In this document: positions 40,718-50,705 of the stretch, one piece after another | How the letters are laid out: every line of letters begins with the position of its first letter | How positions within the stretch are numbered: the stretch's first letter is position 1 | Assembly (NCBI GenBank): GCA_050309605.1 | Contig: JBNRMN010000092.1 | Coordinates: forward strand, 1-64,000 | Origin: Anaerohalosphaeraceae bacterium | GTDB taxonomy: Bacteria > Planctomycetota > Phycisphaerae > Sedimentisphaerales > Anaerohalosphaeraceae | DNA length: 64,000 bases | Direction of reading: 5' to 3' | The notes under the pieces: model-generated | Database searches by the model: none | The model's input: the letters and a program-made list of their open reading frames with translations, nothing else | Told to the model about the DNA's origin: nothing | Position numbers and translations under genes: made by a program

Positions 40718-42700
40718 TTAAAAGTTGATCGTTAACCCGCCATAGAAGGTTCTGCCGGGGCCGTCAGGAAAAGAATTCGGTACGCCGGCGTAAGCAAGCG
40801 TGGGCACGTAAGTTTTCTCGTTCAGCAGATTTTCCACCCTGAACACCAAACTGGCCCGGCCTTTGGGAATATCCAGCCATCGGGACGGGTCTACCTGGAA
40901 ATTCATCGACAGCAGATTGAGCCTGTTGGGCTGCGGGTTGACGGTTACCGGCGATTCCACGCGGGGAGGCGTCCCATAGTGGCTGTAAAACAGCGCCGCC
41001 GAACCCCAATCCCATGTATATCCCGTTCCGAATTTGAACATATTGTTCGGCACGACGGTGTGGTCAAGTCCTTCGTCGATATTGCTGTGCTGGTGCATAA
41101 AGGAGCCGAGGATGTGCCAGTTCGGCGTAAAAAAGTGCTTGGCCTCAAACTCAACGCCTTCAAATCGCTGCCGGCCGCCGTTCATATACGTGGTCACCGG
41201 TCCGCTTGTATCAAACAGAATCTGATCGTCAATCGTACTGAAAAAATACGTCACGGCCGCATACGTCGTGCTATCGTGAAAAAACAGTTGTGCGTCGTAA
41301 GTGGTAATGGTTTCGGGTTTAAGACTGTTGTTGCCGACCTTCAGCGGCGGATCGTCCAGATCCGATTCCATGGCTATCGGCCCGCGAAAGGCCTCGCCGC
41401 GCAGCAATTTCACGCCCCATTTCTCAAACGGCGTATAGATCACCCCGTACCGGGAGACCAGATCCGAATCGCCCAGCGGCGATTTATGCCATTGGGTGCC
41501 GGCAATAAGTTTCAGCGAATCGTCAATTTCATAATCGCCCTGGGCATAGGCGCTGCGAGGGTCGTAGCTGTAGCTGCGGATGGATTGAAAATGACGATTT
41601 TTGGGTGAATAGCTTTTTCGATGCTCCTGTAAAAACCCGAATACGAGGTTCATCTCGTCCAGCGGATTGGCGAACAGCGTGATCTCTCCGAGAACATCCG
41701 ATGTGTTGTTGGCAATCGGAATGGCTTCCGGGCTGGACAGCGTGTTTTCCTGAAGATTATACGTCAGATTCCACTCCAGCCTCAGCCGGTCATCCAATGG
41801 GGTTGAATACCCCAGATTGACAAACAGCCGTTTGTTGGTGATTTTCTGTCGGGGAACCGACCACGCCGGCCAAACACCGATATGAAACAGATCGATCTCA
41901 CTGGCGAAGATGTCCAGCGTAAAATCTTTATACATCAAATGAACGGTTCCGGAATGACTTTTTTCATACCTGTTCCGCTTGCCGGGCATGCCGTCCGCAT
42001 CGGTCATTTGATACGGCCAGCCGTCATAGTCAAGGGTACGAAACGCCGCAACGTAACCCAGTTCGCCGGAGCGGCCGGCGGCGGATACGGTCGTATCGCA
42101 ATAGCTGTAACTGCCGACCATTGATGAAATCGAAAACTCTTTTTCTTCCGGAACGTCGCGGGTATTCAGATTGATTACGCCTGTAAATGCGTTGGTCCCG
42201 TAAAGTACCGATCCGGGGCCGCGGATGATTTCCACGCTGTCAAGGACGGACAGAGGGTACGTCAAATAAAGGGGGAAATTGTGCCCTTGGGCACTTTCAC
42301 GAACAGGGCGACCGTTCAGCAAGATCAGGGTGTGCGTTTCCGAATGAGCCGTTAAATCGCCTCGAAAGCTGGCATGGTTATTCGCATAGGCAAACGAATT
42401 GTAGATATAAACACTTGGCTGGCGCTGCAGAAGCTGGAGTAAATTGCGGTCGCCGTACAGGTCAAATTCGCTGCGTGGAACGATGGCGACCACCCCGGGC
42501 GCCTTGAAATGCGGCTCTTCTTTTTTGGAAGCGACAAAAATATCCACTTCGAGCAGTTCTTCAAGCGACATATCAAAAAAACCCGTGTCCGTGTCGAATT
42601 GAGAGGAGTAGGCCGAAACATCCGCAATCAGACAGCACAACACCGATACCCCAACCACACCCATCCAGTGCCATATCGATGACCATTTGAGGGACGACAT
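40718..42700 (-). CDS. TonB-dependent outer membrane receptor
   Basis: Signal peptide, MSLEELLEV, plug motif EIIRGPGSVLYGTNAFTGVIN, LKPE, ENLLN, C-terminal Phe. Confidence 0.93.
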   Translation of the reverse strand: MSSLKWSSIWHWMGVVGVSVLCCLIADVSAYSSQFDTDTGFFDMSLEELLEVDIFVASKKEEPHFKAPGVVAIVPRSEFDLYGDRNLLQLLQRQPSVYIYNSFAYANNHASFRGDLTAHSETHTLILLNGRPVRESAQGHNFPLYLTYPLSVLDSVEIIRGPGSVLYGTNAFTGVINLNTRDVPEEKEFSISSMVGSYSYCDTTVSAAGRSGELGYVAAFRTLDYDGWPYQMTDADGMPGKRNRYEKSHSGTVHLMYKDFTLDIFASEIDLFHIGVWPAWSVPRQKITNKRLFVNLGYSTPLDDRLRLEWNLTYNLQENTLSSPEAIPIANNTSDVLGEITLFANPLDEMNLVFGFLQEHRKSYSPKNRHFQSIRSYSYDPRSAYAQGDYEIDDSLKLIAGTQWHKSPLGDSDLVSRYGVIYTPFEKWGVKLLRGEAFRGPIAMESDLDDPPLKVGNNSLKPETITTYDAQLFFHDSTTYAAVTYFFSTIDDQILFDTSGPVTTYMNGGRQRFEGVEFEAKHFFTPNWHILGSFMHQHSNIDEGLDHTVVPNNMFKFGTGYTWDWGSAALFYSHYGTPPRVESPVTVNPQPNRLNLLSMNFQVDPSRWLDIPKGRASLVFRVENLLNEKTYVPTLAYAGVPNSFPDGPGRTFYGGLTINF

Positions 42701-42855
42701 TGTCTTTTCCTCATTCTAATTGACATACTTTGTCTTTTTTAGCTCGGTCTCGGTATCGCTATCGGACAACAGAAGCGGTCACTTAACTACACATTGGAAA
42801 AATGAAGCCGACCGGGGAAAGAGGATTTTTTGAGAGGGTCGGCCTTAACCCACGG

Positions 42856-44805
42856 CTACGGCGTGTCCGAGGGGCTGGATTGTTCAGTATCCGATTGTTC
42901 GGCCGGCGGAGCGGCTTCCTGCGGCTCGGCGGCTTGCTCCTGCTCGAGGGCTTGGGCTTCACGTTGCGCGTTTTCGGCTTGTTCCTGTGCTTGCTGAGCG
43001 GCCTGGCGGCTTTGCTCAAGCTGCTCAGCGGCTTGTTGGGCCTGCTGCGCGGCCTGTTGGGCGGCCCTGGCAGCTTGTTCGGCCTGCTGCTGCGCGTTTT
43101 GAGCCTCGGCCTCGGCAGCGTCTTTTTGCTGCTGCAACTCCATAATGCGTTGGCGTTCGGCTTCGGTCAGTTCGGCGGCCTGGCGGGCCTTTTCTATCGC
43201 CTGTTGAGCGTCCTGCGCGGCCTTGTCCGCTTCGCGCCTCAGTTGCTCGGCCTTTTGACGCAGTTTCTCGGCCTCGACGGCGATGCGATCGGCGCGCTGG
43301 CGTTCAGCCTGTGCTCGTCTCATCGCTTCTTCGCGAGCCAGCTCGGCCTCTTTTCGCTGCAATTCCGCATCAACGGCCTTTTGTTCTACCAGCGAGCTGT
43401 AAATGCTTGGTTCGAACGGCTCGGTCAGCATTTGACGAAGGCCCGTCTTGTAATCCGATTCCGCATATTTATCGCGGATCTCCTGAACAACACGACCGTG
43501 ATCTTCACCTCCGGCTGAGATACTCGGCGTCAGGATATAAATAATTTCAGTGGCCTTTTCTTCAAAATCTTTGCTGGAAAACAACACCCCCAGCAAGGGC
43601 AAATCCTTAAAGAACGGTATGCCGCGAATCACAGACCGCTTTTCCATTTTGCGCATCCCGCCGATAATCAGGCTCTCGCCGGGCAGAATGCGGTTTTCGG
43701 CCACGTTGATCGAGCGTTCGGTAATGATGGCCCGCTGCACGACGCCTTCGGGTTTCGACCGCGAACCGATTTTGATATCGGTTACCAATCCGATAGACCC
43801 GTCGGCATAGACATGCGGCGTAACCGAAAGCGTGTTTTCCACCCAGACATACTCCGTGATGTTATACACGCTTGAGGCGCCGCCGAGGCCGGTTTTGACG
43901 ACCTCGATGGGCGCATGATCCTTGATGGTCACCGCCGCCGGCTGGGCATTGACCGTTTCGAGGGTCGGATTCAACAGCACCTTCAGGTAGCCTTTTGAAA
44001 TCAACACGTCCACCACGGCCCGAAACTGGTGACCGGGAACCCCCCTGTTGCGCCAGTAGCCGAAGTCCAGCCCGAACTTGCCCCGCTCCGGCTCGCGAAG
44101 CGACGCGCCCGGAAACGCCGGGTCCAGACCAACCAATACTCTTTCGTTAATCTCAATTTTATCAAAATCGATCCCAGCATAATTTGATACATTGACGTTT
44201 CCTGGCAATAGATTGTCTCTTCCGTCAACAAATCGATAACTGTTGTCTCCAATTTTTTTGATGAATGTACCTCTGTCTTCACCAAGGGTGATGCCTTCCC
44301 CGAGGAGATTTTGAATCATCACGGAGGTTTCCCAGTCCATCGTAATATCGCCGAACCGCTCGAGAATCAGACAGTCGATATTGACCTGCACCGGCGGCAC
44401 ATCAATCAGCCGCAAATAATCTTCAACCGCCGTAGCCTGAGCGTCGTCTGCGCAGTACAAGACCAATTGATTGATCGCGGCGTTGACCGAGGCATCGACG
44501 CCGAGCTGCTCTTTGACCAGCCCGGCCAGATTGCCCGCCGGATGGTGCTTGGTAAAGTAAAACAGTTTGGTGCCCTCGCGGATCTGCAGTCGTGCCGGCG
44601 GCTGCCGATAGACTTCGGGCAGGGGATTGTGAATATGGGGGCTTTCCCGAACTTGCCCCAGCTCTTCAAGTATCTCACGCGCCTGAACCTCGGTCGGTTT
44701 CTGTGCAAAGAAATCGCCGCAGCCGCTCAGCAGCAACACCGCCCCCGCGCCGATAATGGCCGGTGCAATAACTGCAACACGTTTTCTCAGGTCATACCAC
44801 GTCAT
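42856..44805 (-). CDS. Secretin-family lipoprotein (one N-domain plus secretin domain) with Ala/Gln/Glu-rich coiled-coil tail
   Basis: Lipobox LLSGC; IDVPPVQVNIDCLILE, LSVTPHV, GESLIIGG, GIPFFKDLPLLGVLF, EIIYILTP. Confidence 0.88.
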   Translation of the reverse strand: MTWYDLRKRVAVIAPAIIGAGAVLLLSGCGDFFAQKPTEVQAREILEELGQVRESPHIHNPLPEVYRQPPARLQIREGTKLFYFTKHHPAGNLAGLVKEQLGVDASVNAAINQLVLYCADDAQATAVEDYLRLIDVPPVQVNIDCLILERFGDITMDWETSVMIQNLLGEGITLGEDRGTFIKKIGDNSYRFVDGRDNLLPGNVNVSNYAGIDFDKIEINERVLVGLDPAFPGASLREPERGKFGLDFGYWRNRGVPGHQFRAVVDVLISKGYLKVLLNPTLETVNAQPAAVTIKDHAPIEVVKTGLGGASSVYNITEYVWVENTLSVTPHVYADGSIGLVTDIKIGSRSKPEGVVQRAIITERSINVAENRILPGESLIIGGMRKMEKRSVIRGIPFFKDLPLLGVLFSSKDFEEKATEIIYILTPSISAGGEDHGRVVQEIRDKYAESDYKTGLRQMLTEPFEPSIYSSLVEQKAVDAELQRKEAELAREEAMRRAQAERQRADRIAVEAEKLRQKAEQLRREADKAAQDAQQAIEKARQAAELTEAERQRIMELQQQKDAAEAEAQNAQQQAEQAARAAQQAAQQAQQAAEQLEQSRQAAQQAQEQAENAQREAQALEQEQAAEPQEAAPPAEQSDTEQSSPSDTP

Positions 44806-44809
44806 AGCG

Positions 44810-46531
44810 TTACTCTTGCTCCGTTGGCGGCGGCTGCGTTTGCTGTTGTAAGGATTCGATTTCAGCCTGTATGGCTTCCTGACGAGCCTTCAGTTTTTCT
44901 GTTTCCTGTCGGGCCGCTTCGGCTTTCTGCCGGGCCTGTTGCAATTCGGCCTCGGCCTGCTGGGCGGCCGCTTTGGCCGCTTCGGCCGCGGCGGCGGCGC
45001 TTTGGATCTCTTCTTCAGCTTGCGAAATCAGCGCCTGCTGCACCTGCGTTTCTTTGGCGGCGGCCTGGGCCTGGGCCTGGGCCGCCTTGTTTTGGGCAAC
45101 GGCCTGCTCGTATTCACGGCGAGCCTGTTCGATCTGAGCCTCCAGAAGCTGCATCTCGACCAGCATCTGTTCGGCGCGCAGGCGATCCTGCTCGGCCTCA
45201 AAGTCAGCCCGTTGAGCCTCCCGCTCAAACCGAATCGTCTCGGCGCGCGCCTCGTCGGCCTTGTCCTCCAGATACTGGGCATAGACATCGCCGGCCAGCG
45301 GATCGGCAACCAACTCGTCCAGAATGGCGTCATAATCCGGCGTCCGGTGTTTCTCGCGAATCATATCGGCCATTTCCGAATAATGGACGCTGCCCGAAGA
45401 AATGCTCGGCGTCAGGATAAACACAATTTCGGTGGCGTTTTCTTCAAAGTCCTTGCTCGCAAAGAACGTCCCGATCAGCGGCAGATCCTTGAAGAACGGC
45501 ACCCCGCGGATGACCGAGCGGTTTTCGCTTTTGCGCATCCCGCCGATAATCAGGCTGTGCCCCGGACGGATGCGGTTCTCGGCCACGTCAATCGAGCGCT
45601 GCGTGATGATCGACGTTTGAACCACGCCTTCGGGTTTGGAGGCCGAGCCGATGTTGATCGAGGTTTTCAGTCCGATCGAGCCGTCAGCATAGACATGCGG
45701 CGTTACGGTCAGGGTATCGGTGACCCATTCATATTTCGTCAGGGTATAAGGTTCTTTGTCTTTTTCCGTTACGCGAATGGGAACCGGCTGACGGTCGCGA
45801 ATCTGCACGGTCGCCGCCTTGCCGGTTACGGTTTCCAGCGTCGGATTGAGCAGGATTTTCAAATACCCGCGGGATTCAAGAATGTCAATAATCGCGCGCA
45901 CCTGATGTCCGGGAATCCCTTCATTCCGCCAGAATCCGAAGTCCATCCCAAACGTGCTGCGCTTGCTTTCCCGAAGCGATGCACCGGGCAAAGCGGGTTC
46001 GGGGAATTTACTCTCGCCAAGAGTGATTCGTTCGCCAAAAAGGTTTTCGATTAAGATCGATGTTTCCCAGTCTTTGGTCACATCGGCAAATCGTTCCAGA
46101 ATGATGCAGTCGATGTGCACCTGGATCGGCGGCACATCCGTGCGTACCAGATAGGCTTCGATCACGTCGCATTCGGCTTCATCCGAGGCGTGGATAATGA
46201 CCTGATTGGTGCTCGGATTCTGGCTGACCTTATAGCCCAGTCGTTTCAGGTCGTTGGCGATCTGCTGGGCCGGGTGGTGTCGGGTAAAATAGAACATCCG
46301 CACCCCGTCTTCCATCACCAACCGTCGCGGCGGCGTGCGGTACATTTCCGGAAGCGGATTATAAATATGGGGATTTTCGCGAACGCGCGCGATGTCGCGA
46401 ATGATCATTTTGGATTCAATTTCGGTCGGTTTTTTTCCGAAAAATTCTTCGATACTGCCGGTCTGGGCGCAGCCGGAAAACACCGCAGACGCGGCAATCG
46501 GGACGATCCAGCGCATACAGCGACGTCGCAT
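44810..46531 (-). CDS. Secretin-family lipoprotein paralog with coiled-coil tail
   Basis: Lipobox VFSGC; DVPPIQVHIDCIILE, LTVTPHV, GVPFFKDLPLIG, EIVFILTP. Start 46531 or 46516. Confidence 0.88.
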   Translation of the reverse strand: MRRRCMRWIVPIAASAVFSGCAQTGSIEEFFGKKPTEIESKMIIRDIARVRENPHIYNPLPEMYRTPPRRLVMEDGVRMFYFTRHHPAQQIANDLKRLGYKVSQNPSTNQVIIHASDEAECDVIEAYLVRTDVPPIQVHIDCIILERFADVTKDWETSILIENLFGERITLGESKFPEPALPGASLRESKRSTFGMDFGFWRNEGIPGHQVRAIIDILESRGYLKILLNPTLETVTGKAATVQIRDRQPVPIRVTEKDKEPYTLTKYEWVTDTLTVTPHVYADGSIGLKTSINIGSASKPEGVVQTSIITQRSIDVAENRIRPGHSLIIGGMRKSENRSVIRGVPFFKDLPLIGTFFASKDFEENATEIVFILTPSISSGSVHYSEMADMIREKHRTPDYDAILDELVADPLAGDVYAQYLEDKADEARAETIRFEREAQRADFEAEQDRLRAEQMLVEMQLLEAQIEQARREYEQAVAQNKAAQAQAQAAAKETQVQQALISQAEEEIQSAAAAAEAAKAAAQQAEAELQQARQKAEAARQETEKLKARQEAIQAEIESLQQQTQPPPTEQE

Positions 46532-46864
46532 CACTCTTTTCAGATGATTTGTGTTCAAGAGAAAACGCATCCAACACCCATACAAAAGGCCGGCTTATTT
46601 GTCATAACTTACAGTCCTTATCGGCACGGAAGGCGTTTTTTCTATAGTGAAAACACGTACTTCGGACAAATCCATTGGGATCGAACGCCTCTGAACGACA
46701 GCACTTGATTCGCGCAATAAGAACGCCTTAATCGTTGCGTTTATTTCCTTGTTTTCTAAAGATGATTGTTTTTTTGGCTTTGTGTGGAACCTACTGGCAT
46801 TGACGGGATGTTTTTGTTAAGATTTTGCCGATTCGCAACTCAATTTAAGGACAACATACACGAC

Positions 46865-48244
46865 ATGGCAAGAAAGGACAAGCAAAACCCGGCGGTAACC
46901 GTCGGATTGGTGGCACTTGGCTGCCCCAAAAACATCGTTGACAGCGAGGTTATGCTGGCTCGACTGGGACAAGCCGGTTTTGTGCTCAGCGGCGAGGCCG
47001 ATTGTGCGGATGTGGTGGTGATTAACACCTGCGGCTTCATCGCCCCGGCCAAAGACGAGGCCATCGAGGTGATTCGACAGGCTGTTCGTCAAAAAAAGAG
47101 AGGGAAGATCAAAAAGATTATTGTGGCCGGCTGTCTGTCCGAACGGATGGGCGAGGCGCTGAGACAGGAAGTCAAAGGGATTGATGTTATTGTTGGCCTT
47201 GAACAGCGAGATCAAATTGAACGGATTGTGGCCGCCTCTTTGGGGCAGTGCCAGCCAACACCCCAAGCCGTTCGGCCGCGGTCGAGCACGTCGAAAAACG
47301 ACGATATCAGTGTTATGGCGGCCCACGACGACCGCGGACGTCTGCTGATCAGCCCGAACCATTGGGCGTATTTACGCATCAGCGAGGGATGCGATCGAAA
47401 ATGTTCGTTTTGTACGATTCCCGCTATCCGCGGCCGATTTCGGAGCAAGCCGTTGGAACTCGTCGCCAAGGAAGCACAGGAACTAGTCGAAAACGGGGCG
47501 GTCGAACTGAGTTTGATCGCACAGGACAGCAATTATTACGGGCGCGACCTGAAAATGAAAAACGGCCTGGTTCAGCTTATTGCTGAGCTGGAAAAACTCG
47601 AATCGCTCCGCTGGATTCGACTGATGTATCTGTATCCGTCCGGGATCGATGAAGCCCTGCTGGAAGCGATGGCGCAGAGCCAAAAAGTCGTTCATTACGC
47701 GGATATTCCGATGCAGCACATCAACAATCGAATTCTCAAGTCGATGCGCCGAGCGGATACAAAGGAAAACAATCTCCGTCTGATTGAACGGCTGCGAATG
47801 CTGATGCCCGATGTGGTTCTGCGAACGACGATCATCGTCGGCTATCCGGGCGAAACAGAAGCGGAATTCGAAGAACTGCTGGAGTTTGTCCGCCGGGCAA
47901 AGTTTGATGCGCTGGGTTGTTTTCCGTTTTACGCCGAGTCGGGCACACCCGCGGTCGAGCTGCCCGATCAGGTGCCTCAGGACATCAAGCTGCAACGCGT
48001 GGACCGATTGATGCGAACCCAACAGGAGATGCTGTTTGCCAAAATGAACGCGCGAATCGGAGACGAATTGACGGTGCTGGTCGATGAAACGGGGCCTGAT
48101 GGGGCAATCGGGCGTTACTACGGCCAGGCTGCGCACATCGACAGCGTCTGCCTGATCAGGGCCTGCGACGATCCGCCGGGCACATTCATCAAAACCCGCA
48201 TCACCGGACGCGATGGATACGATTTTACAGTGGAAAAAATATGA
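46865..48244 (+). CDS. rimO: Ribosomal protein S12 methylthiotransferase
   Basis: Motifs LGCPKNIVDSE, NTCGFI, YLRISEGCDRKCSFC, WIRLMYLYP; C-terminal TRAM-like region. Confidence 0.96.
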   Translation: MARKDKQNPAVTVGLVALGCPKNIVDSEVMLARLGQAGFVLSGEADCADVVVINTCGFIAPAKDEAIEVIRQAVRQKKRGKIKKIIVAGCLSERMGEALRQEVKGIDVIVGLEQRDQIERIVAASLGQCQPTPQAVRPRSSTSKNDDISVMAAHDDRGRLLISPNHWAYLRISEGCDRKCSFCTIPAIRGRFRSKPLELVAKEAQELVENGAVELSLIAQDSNYYGRDLKMKNGLVQLIAELEKLESLRWIRLMYLYPSGIDEALLEAMAQSQKVVHYADIPMQHINNRILKSMRRADTKENNLRLIERLRMLMPDVVLRTTIIVGYPGETEAEFEELLEFVRRAKFDALGCFPFYAESGTPAVELPDQVPQDIKLQRVDRLMRTQQEMLFAKMNARIGDELTVLVDETGPDGAIGRYYGQAAHIDSVCLIRACDDPPGTFIKTRITGRDGYDFTVEKI

Positions 48245-48249
48245 CCCAT

Positions 48250-48856
48250 ACCAGCGCGGCACAATAGCGCGGCCGCGCAAGCGGCCCGATAAGCGATGCG
48301 AATACGCCAAACGCTTTTCGAGGCGGAGTGTATTATCCGGCGGCTCGCGCCGCTCGGCTGGTGTACGACGACGCAATGGCGCGGCGCAACAGCGCGGCCG
48401 CGCAAGCGGCCCGATAAGCGATGCGGATACGCCAAACGCTTTTCGAGGCGGAGTATTATCCGGCGGCTCGCGCCGCTTGGCTATTGTACGATGACGCAAT
48501 GGCGCGGCGCAACAGCGCGGCCGCGCGAGCGGCCCGATAAGCGATGCGAATACGCCAAACGCTTTTCGAGGCGGAGTATTATCCGGCGGCTCGCGCCGCT
48601 CGGCTGGTGTACGACGACGCAATGGCGCGGCACAATAGCGCGGCCGCGCAAGCGGCCCGATGAGCGATGCGGATACGCCAAACGCTTTTCGAGGCGGAGT
48701 ATTATCCGGCGGCTCGCGCCGCTCGGCTGTTGTACGATGACGCACTGGCGCAGCACAATAGCGCGGCCGCGCGAGCGGCCCGATAAGCGATGCGGATACG
48801 CCAAACGCTTTTCGAGGCGAAGTATTATCCGGCTCACTCGCGCGGTTCGGCTATTG
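48250..48856 (+). repeat. Tandem array of five ~123-bp family A variant units
   Basis: Marker cgccaaacgcttttcgagg at 48305, 48430, 48553, 48676 and 48799. Confidence 0.95.
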
Positions 48857-48878
48857 TGAATCAATGACAGCAGGATTT

Positions 48879-49520
48879 ATGATGGATACAAATACAATGG
48901 TCAATAAACCTGAAAAAGGAATCATTCGGCATATTCCCAATGCCCTGACAGTCGGCAGACTGATTTTGACGCTGATCTTTTTGGGGATGATTCTGTATGC
49001 GCCGAAACTGGAGCAGGACAAACCCGCCGCCTATTTAATGGGAGCGTTCGTCTTGTTTGTGGTGGCCGGTCTGACGGATATTGTCGATGGCCATCTGGCA
49101 CGAAAATATGAGGTAACCAGCCGGTTCGGTCGAACGGTGGATCCGCTGGCCGACAAGATTCTGGTCTGCGGGACGTTTTTTTGTTTTGCGATGGTCGCCC
49201 AGCCGCGTCTGGCCGGTTTCGGCTTTTCCGATACGACGCTTCATGTGATTCGCTGGGGGACGGCGGTCATTCTTTTTGCGCGGGAGGTGGCGGTGCAGAC
49301 GCTGCGGCACATCGCCGAGTCGCACGGCGTCAACTTCGGTGCTGTGGTCTATGGCAAAATCAAGATGTTCCTGCAATCGTTCGGCATCGGCACGGTGCTG
49401 ATCGGCTGGGCGTTTGTCTCGCGTCCGTGGGGCGATTGGTTTACGTTGGTCACGTATTTTTTGATGGTCGTCGCGACTGTGTTGTCCGGGATCCATGCAC
49501 TCCGACGCGTCCGACACTGA
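48879..49520 (+). CDS. pgsA: CDP-alcohol phosphatidyltransferase (phosphatidylglycerophosphate synthase-like)
   Basis: IPNALTVGR; TDIVDGHLAR...FGRTVDPLADK; GKIK. Start among several in-frame ATGs between 48864 and 48897. Confidence 0.88.
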   Translation: MMDTNTMVNKPEKGIIRHIPNALTVGRLILTLIFLGMILYAPKLEQDKPAAYLMGAFVLFVVAGLTDIVDGHLARKYEVTSRFGRTVDPLADKILVCGTFFCFAMVAQPRLAGFGFSDTTLHVIRWGTAVILFAREVAVQTLRHIAESHGVNFGAVVYGKIKMFLQSFGIGTVLIGWAFVSRPWGDWFTLVTYFLMVVATVLSGIHALRRVRH

Positions 49521-49611
49521 TGGTTATGCGGCACGGATTGGCCGGTTTCTTTGAACCGTCATCACAAATCCGAATAACCGTGTCGCCTGCAAACGGTTGG
49601 AATGCAGAAAC

Positions 49612-49646
49612 AAAAAAGGCCGGCTCTCAGTGAACCGGCCTTTTTT
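49612..49646. terminator. Bidirectional intrinsic terminator
   Basis: aaaaaaggccgg-ctctcagtgaa-ccggcctttttt between convergent genes. Confidence 0.85.
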
Positions 49647-49676
49647 CTGTTAAGGCACTCAATGAAGTGTTTAGAC

Positions 49677-50474
49677 TTAGAAGCCCAAACTGTAGGTCAA
49701 TCCGCAGAACAGATAATCCTTTTTGTTGTCATTCAGGGTGCGAGTGAACATGTTCTGGAAATACACCGCAGGCGTCAGCGTGCCGCCGGTCAGGGGGCAC
49801 TGCATATCCGCTTTCAGACCCCAGAGCATATGCGTCCAGCCATTGATGACGCTCTTATCCACGACGCCGTCGTTATAGACAATATCCCAGGAGAAGGTCA
49901 TCGGAACATCGGGCACTTCATTCAGCGTAAAGTTATAGTCCGCACCGACTTGAACGATGCTGCCGCTGGCAAAGCTCAGAGGTGTGCCATCGGGAGCGGT
50001 GCTTCTGCCGCTGCGGGCCTGCCACAGATAGTAGTAGTTCACGTGAGGAACCAGGCCGGCGCCGACGAGATTCGGCATATCCATCTCCAGGAAGACTTCC
50101 TGATAGTCCACACCCTTGGACGGCATATCGATCAAATCATAGTACCGCCATCCGAGTGTGTAGTCGGTTTTCAGGCAATCGCCTTCGAGAACGCTGCCGC
50201 CATAGTACAGCGTGTACTGATATTCCGTGGCGTTGACGGTGCCGGCATTGTGACCGTAAGCTGCCAGCAGGTTGGCGCCGAAACCGCCGCCCAGGTCAAA
50301 ATCCACACTGGGCTTCCACACCGGCGAGCTGCCCATTTTGTTGTAGCCCCGCCAGATGTACCGGCTCATGTATTCGACGTCCACCGTGACGCCGACATCC
50401 GTGCCGAACACATCTACGGCGCTTGCTGCGGGAACCAATCCACACAGTACCACCATTGCTAACATTTTCTTCAT
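49677..50474 (-). CDS. Outer membrane beta-barrel protein (TorF/Gcw_chp-like putative porin)
   Basis: Signal peptide, MSRYIWRG, alternating aromatic strands, C-terminal YSLGF. Confidence 0.75.
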   Translation of the reverse strand: MKKMLAMVVLCGLVPAASAVDVFGTDVGVTVDVEYMSRYIWRGYNKMGSSPVWKPSVDFDLGGGFGANLLAAYGHNAGTVNATEYQYTLYYGGSVLEGDCLKTDYTLGWRYYDLIDMPSKGVDYQEVFLEMDMPNLVGAGLVPHVNYYYLWQARSGRSTAPDGTPLSFASGSIVQVGADYNFTLNEVPDVPMTFSWDIVYNDGVVDKSVINGWTHMLWGLKADMQCPLTGGTLTPAVYFQNMFTRTLNDNKKDYLFCGLTYSLGF

Positions 50475-50705
50475 TTTCGATCTCCTTTCAAAAACAGTGT
50501 TTTTTCCTTACGTTTTGCCGTCGTTTACTAACCGTTTTCTTGTCAGGCCTTAACAATATACTCACTGAAAGTGTATCGGCATACGAACCGAAATCAACCA
50601 AAAAATTTTTCTTTTTTTGTGGAATGGCGGTCAATTTTCACCCGATTTTGGCCGATTTTGCTTTCGATACGACCCATCGAGTGAATTTGTTCACGTATTG
50701 AGCGA

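Noticed and set aside
42856..46531. A complete T2SS, T3SS, T4P or filamentous-phage locus
   Set aside because: Only secretin-like genes are present; no ATPase, inner-membrane platform or phage genes flank them.
48250..48856. CRISPR array (also considered for 1-482)
   Set aside because: Whole units repeat with no unique spacers, the period is 123-129 bp, and there are no cas genes.
47483..48864. Repeat-peptide ORFs 47483-48745, 48296-48859 and 48481-48864
   Set aside because: Open frames follow from the 123-bp period; a 2-nt indel in unit 1 breaks the frame; the longest is antisense to rimO.
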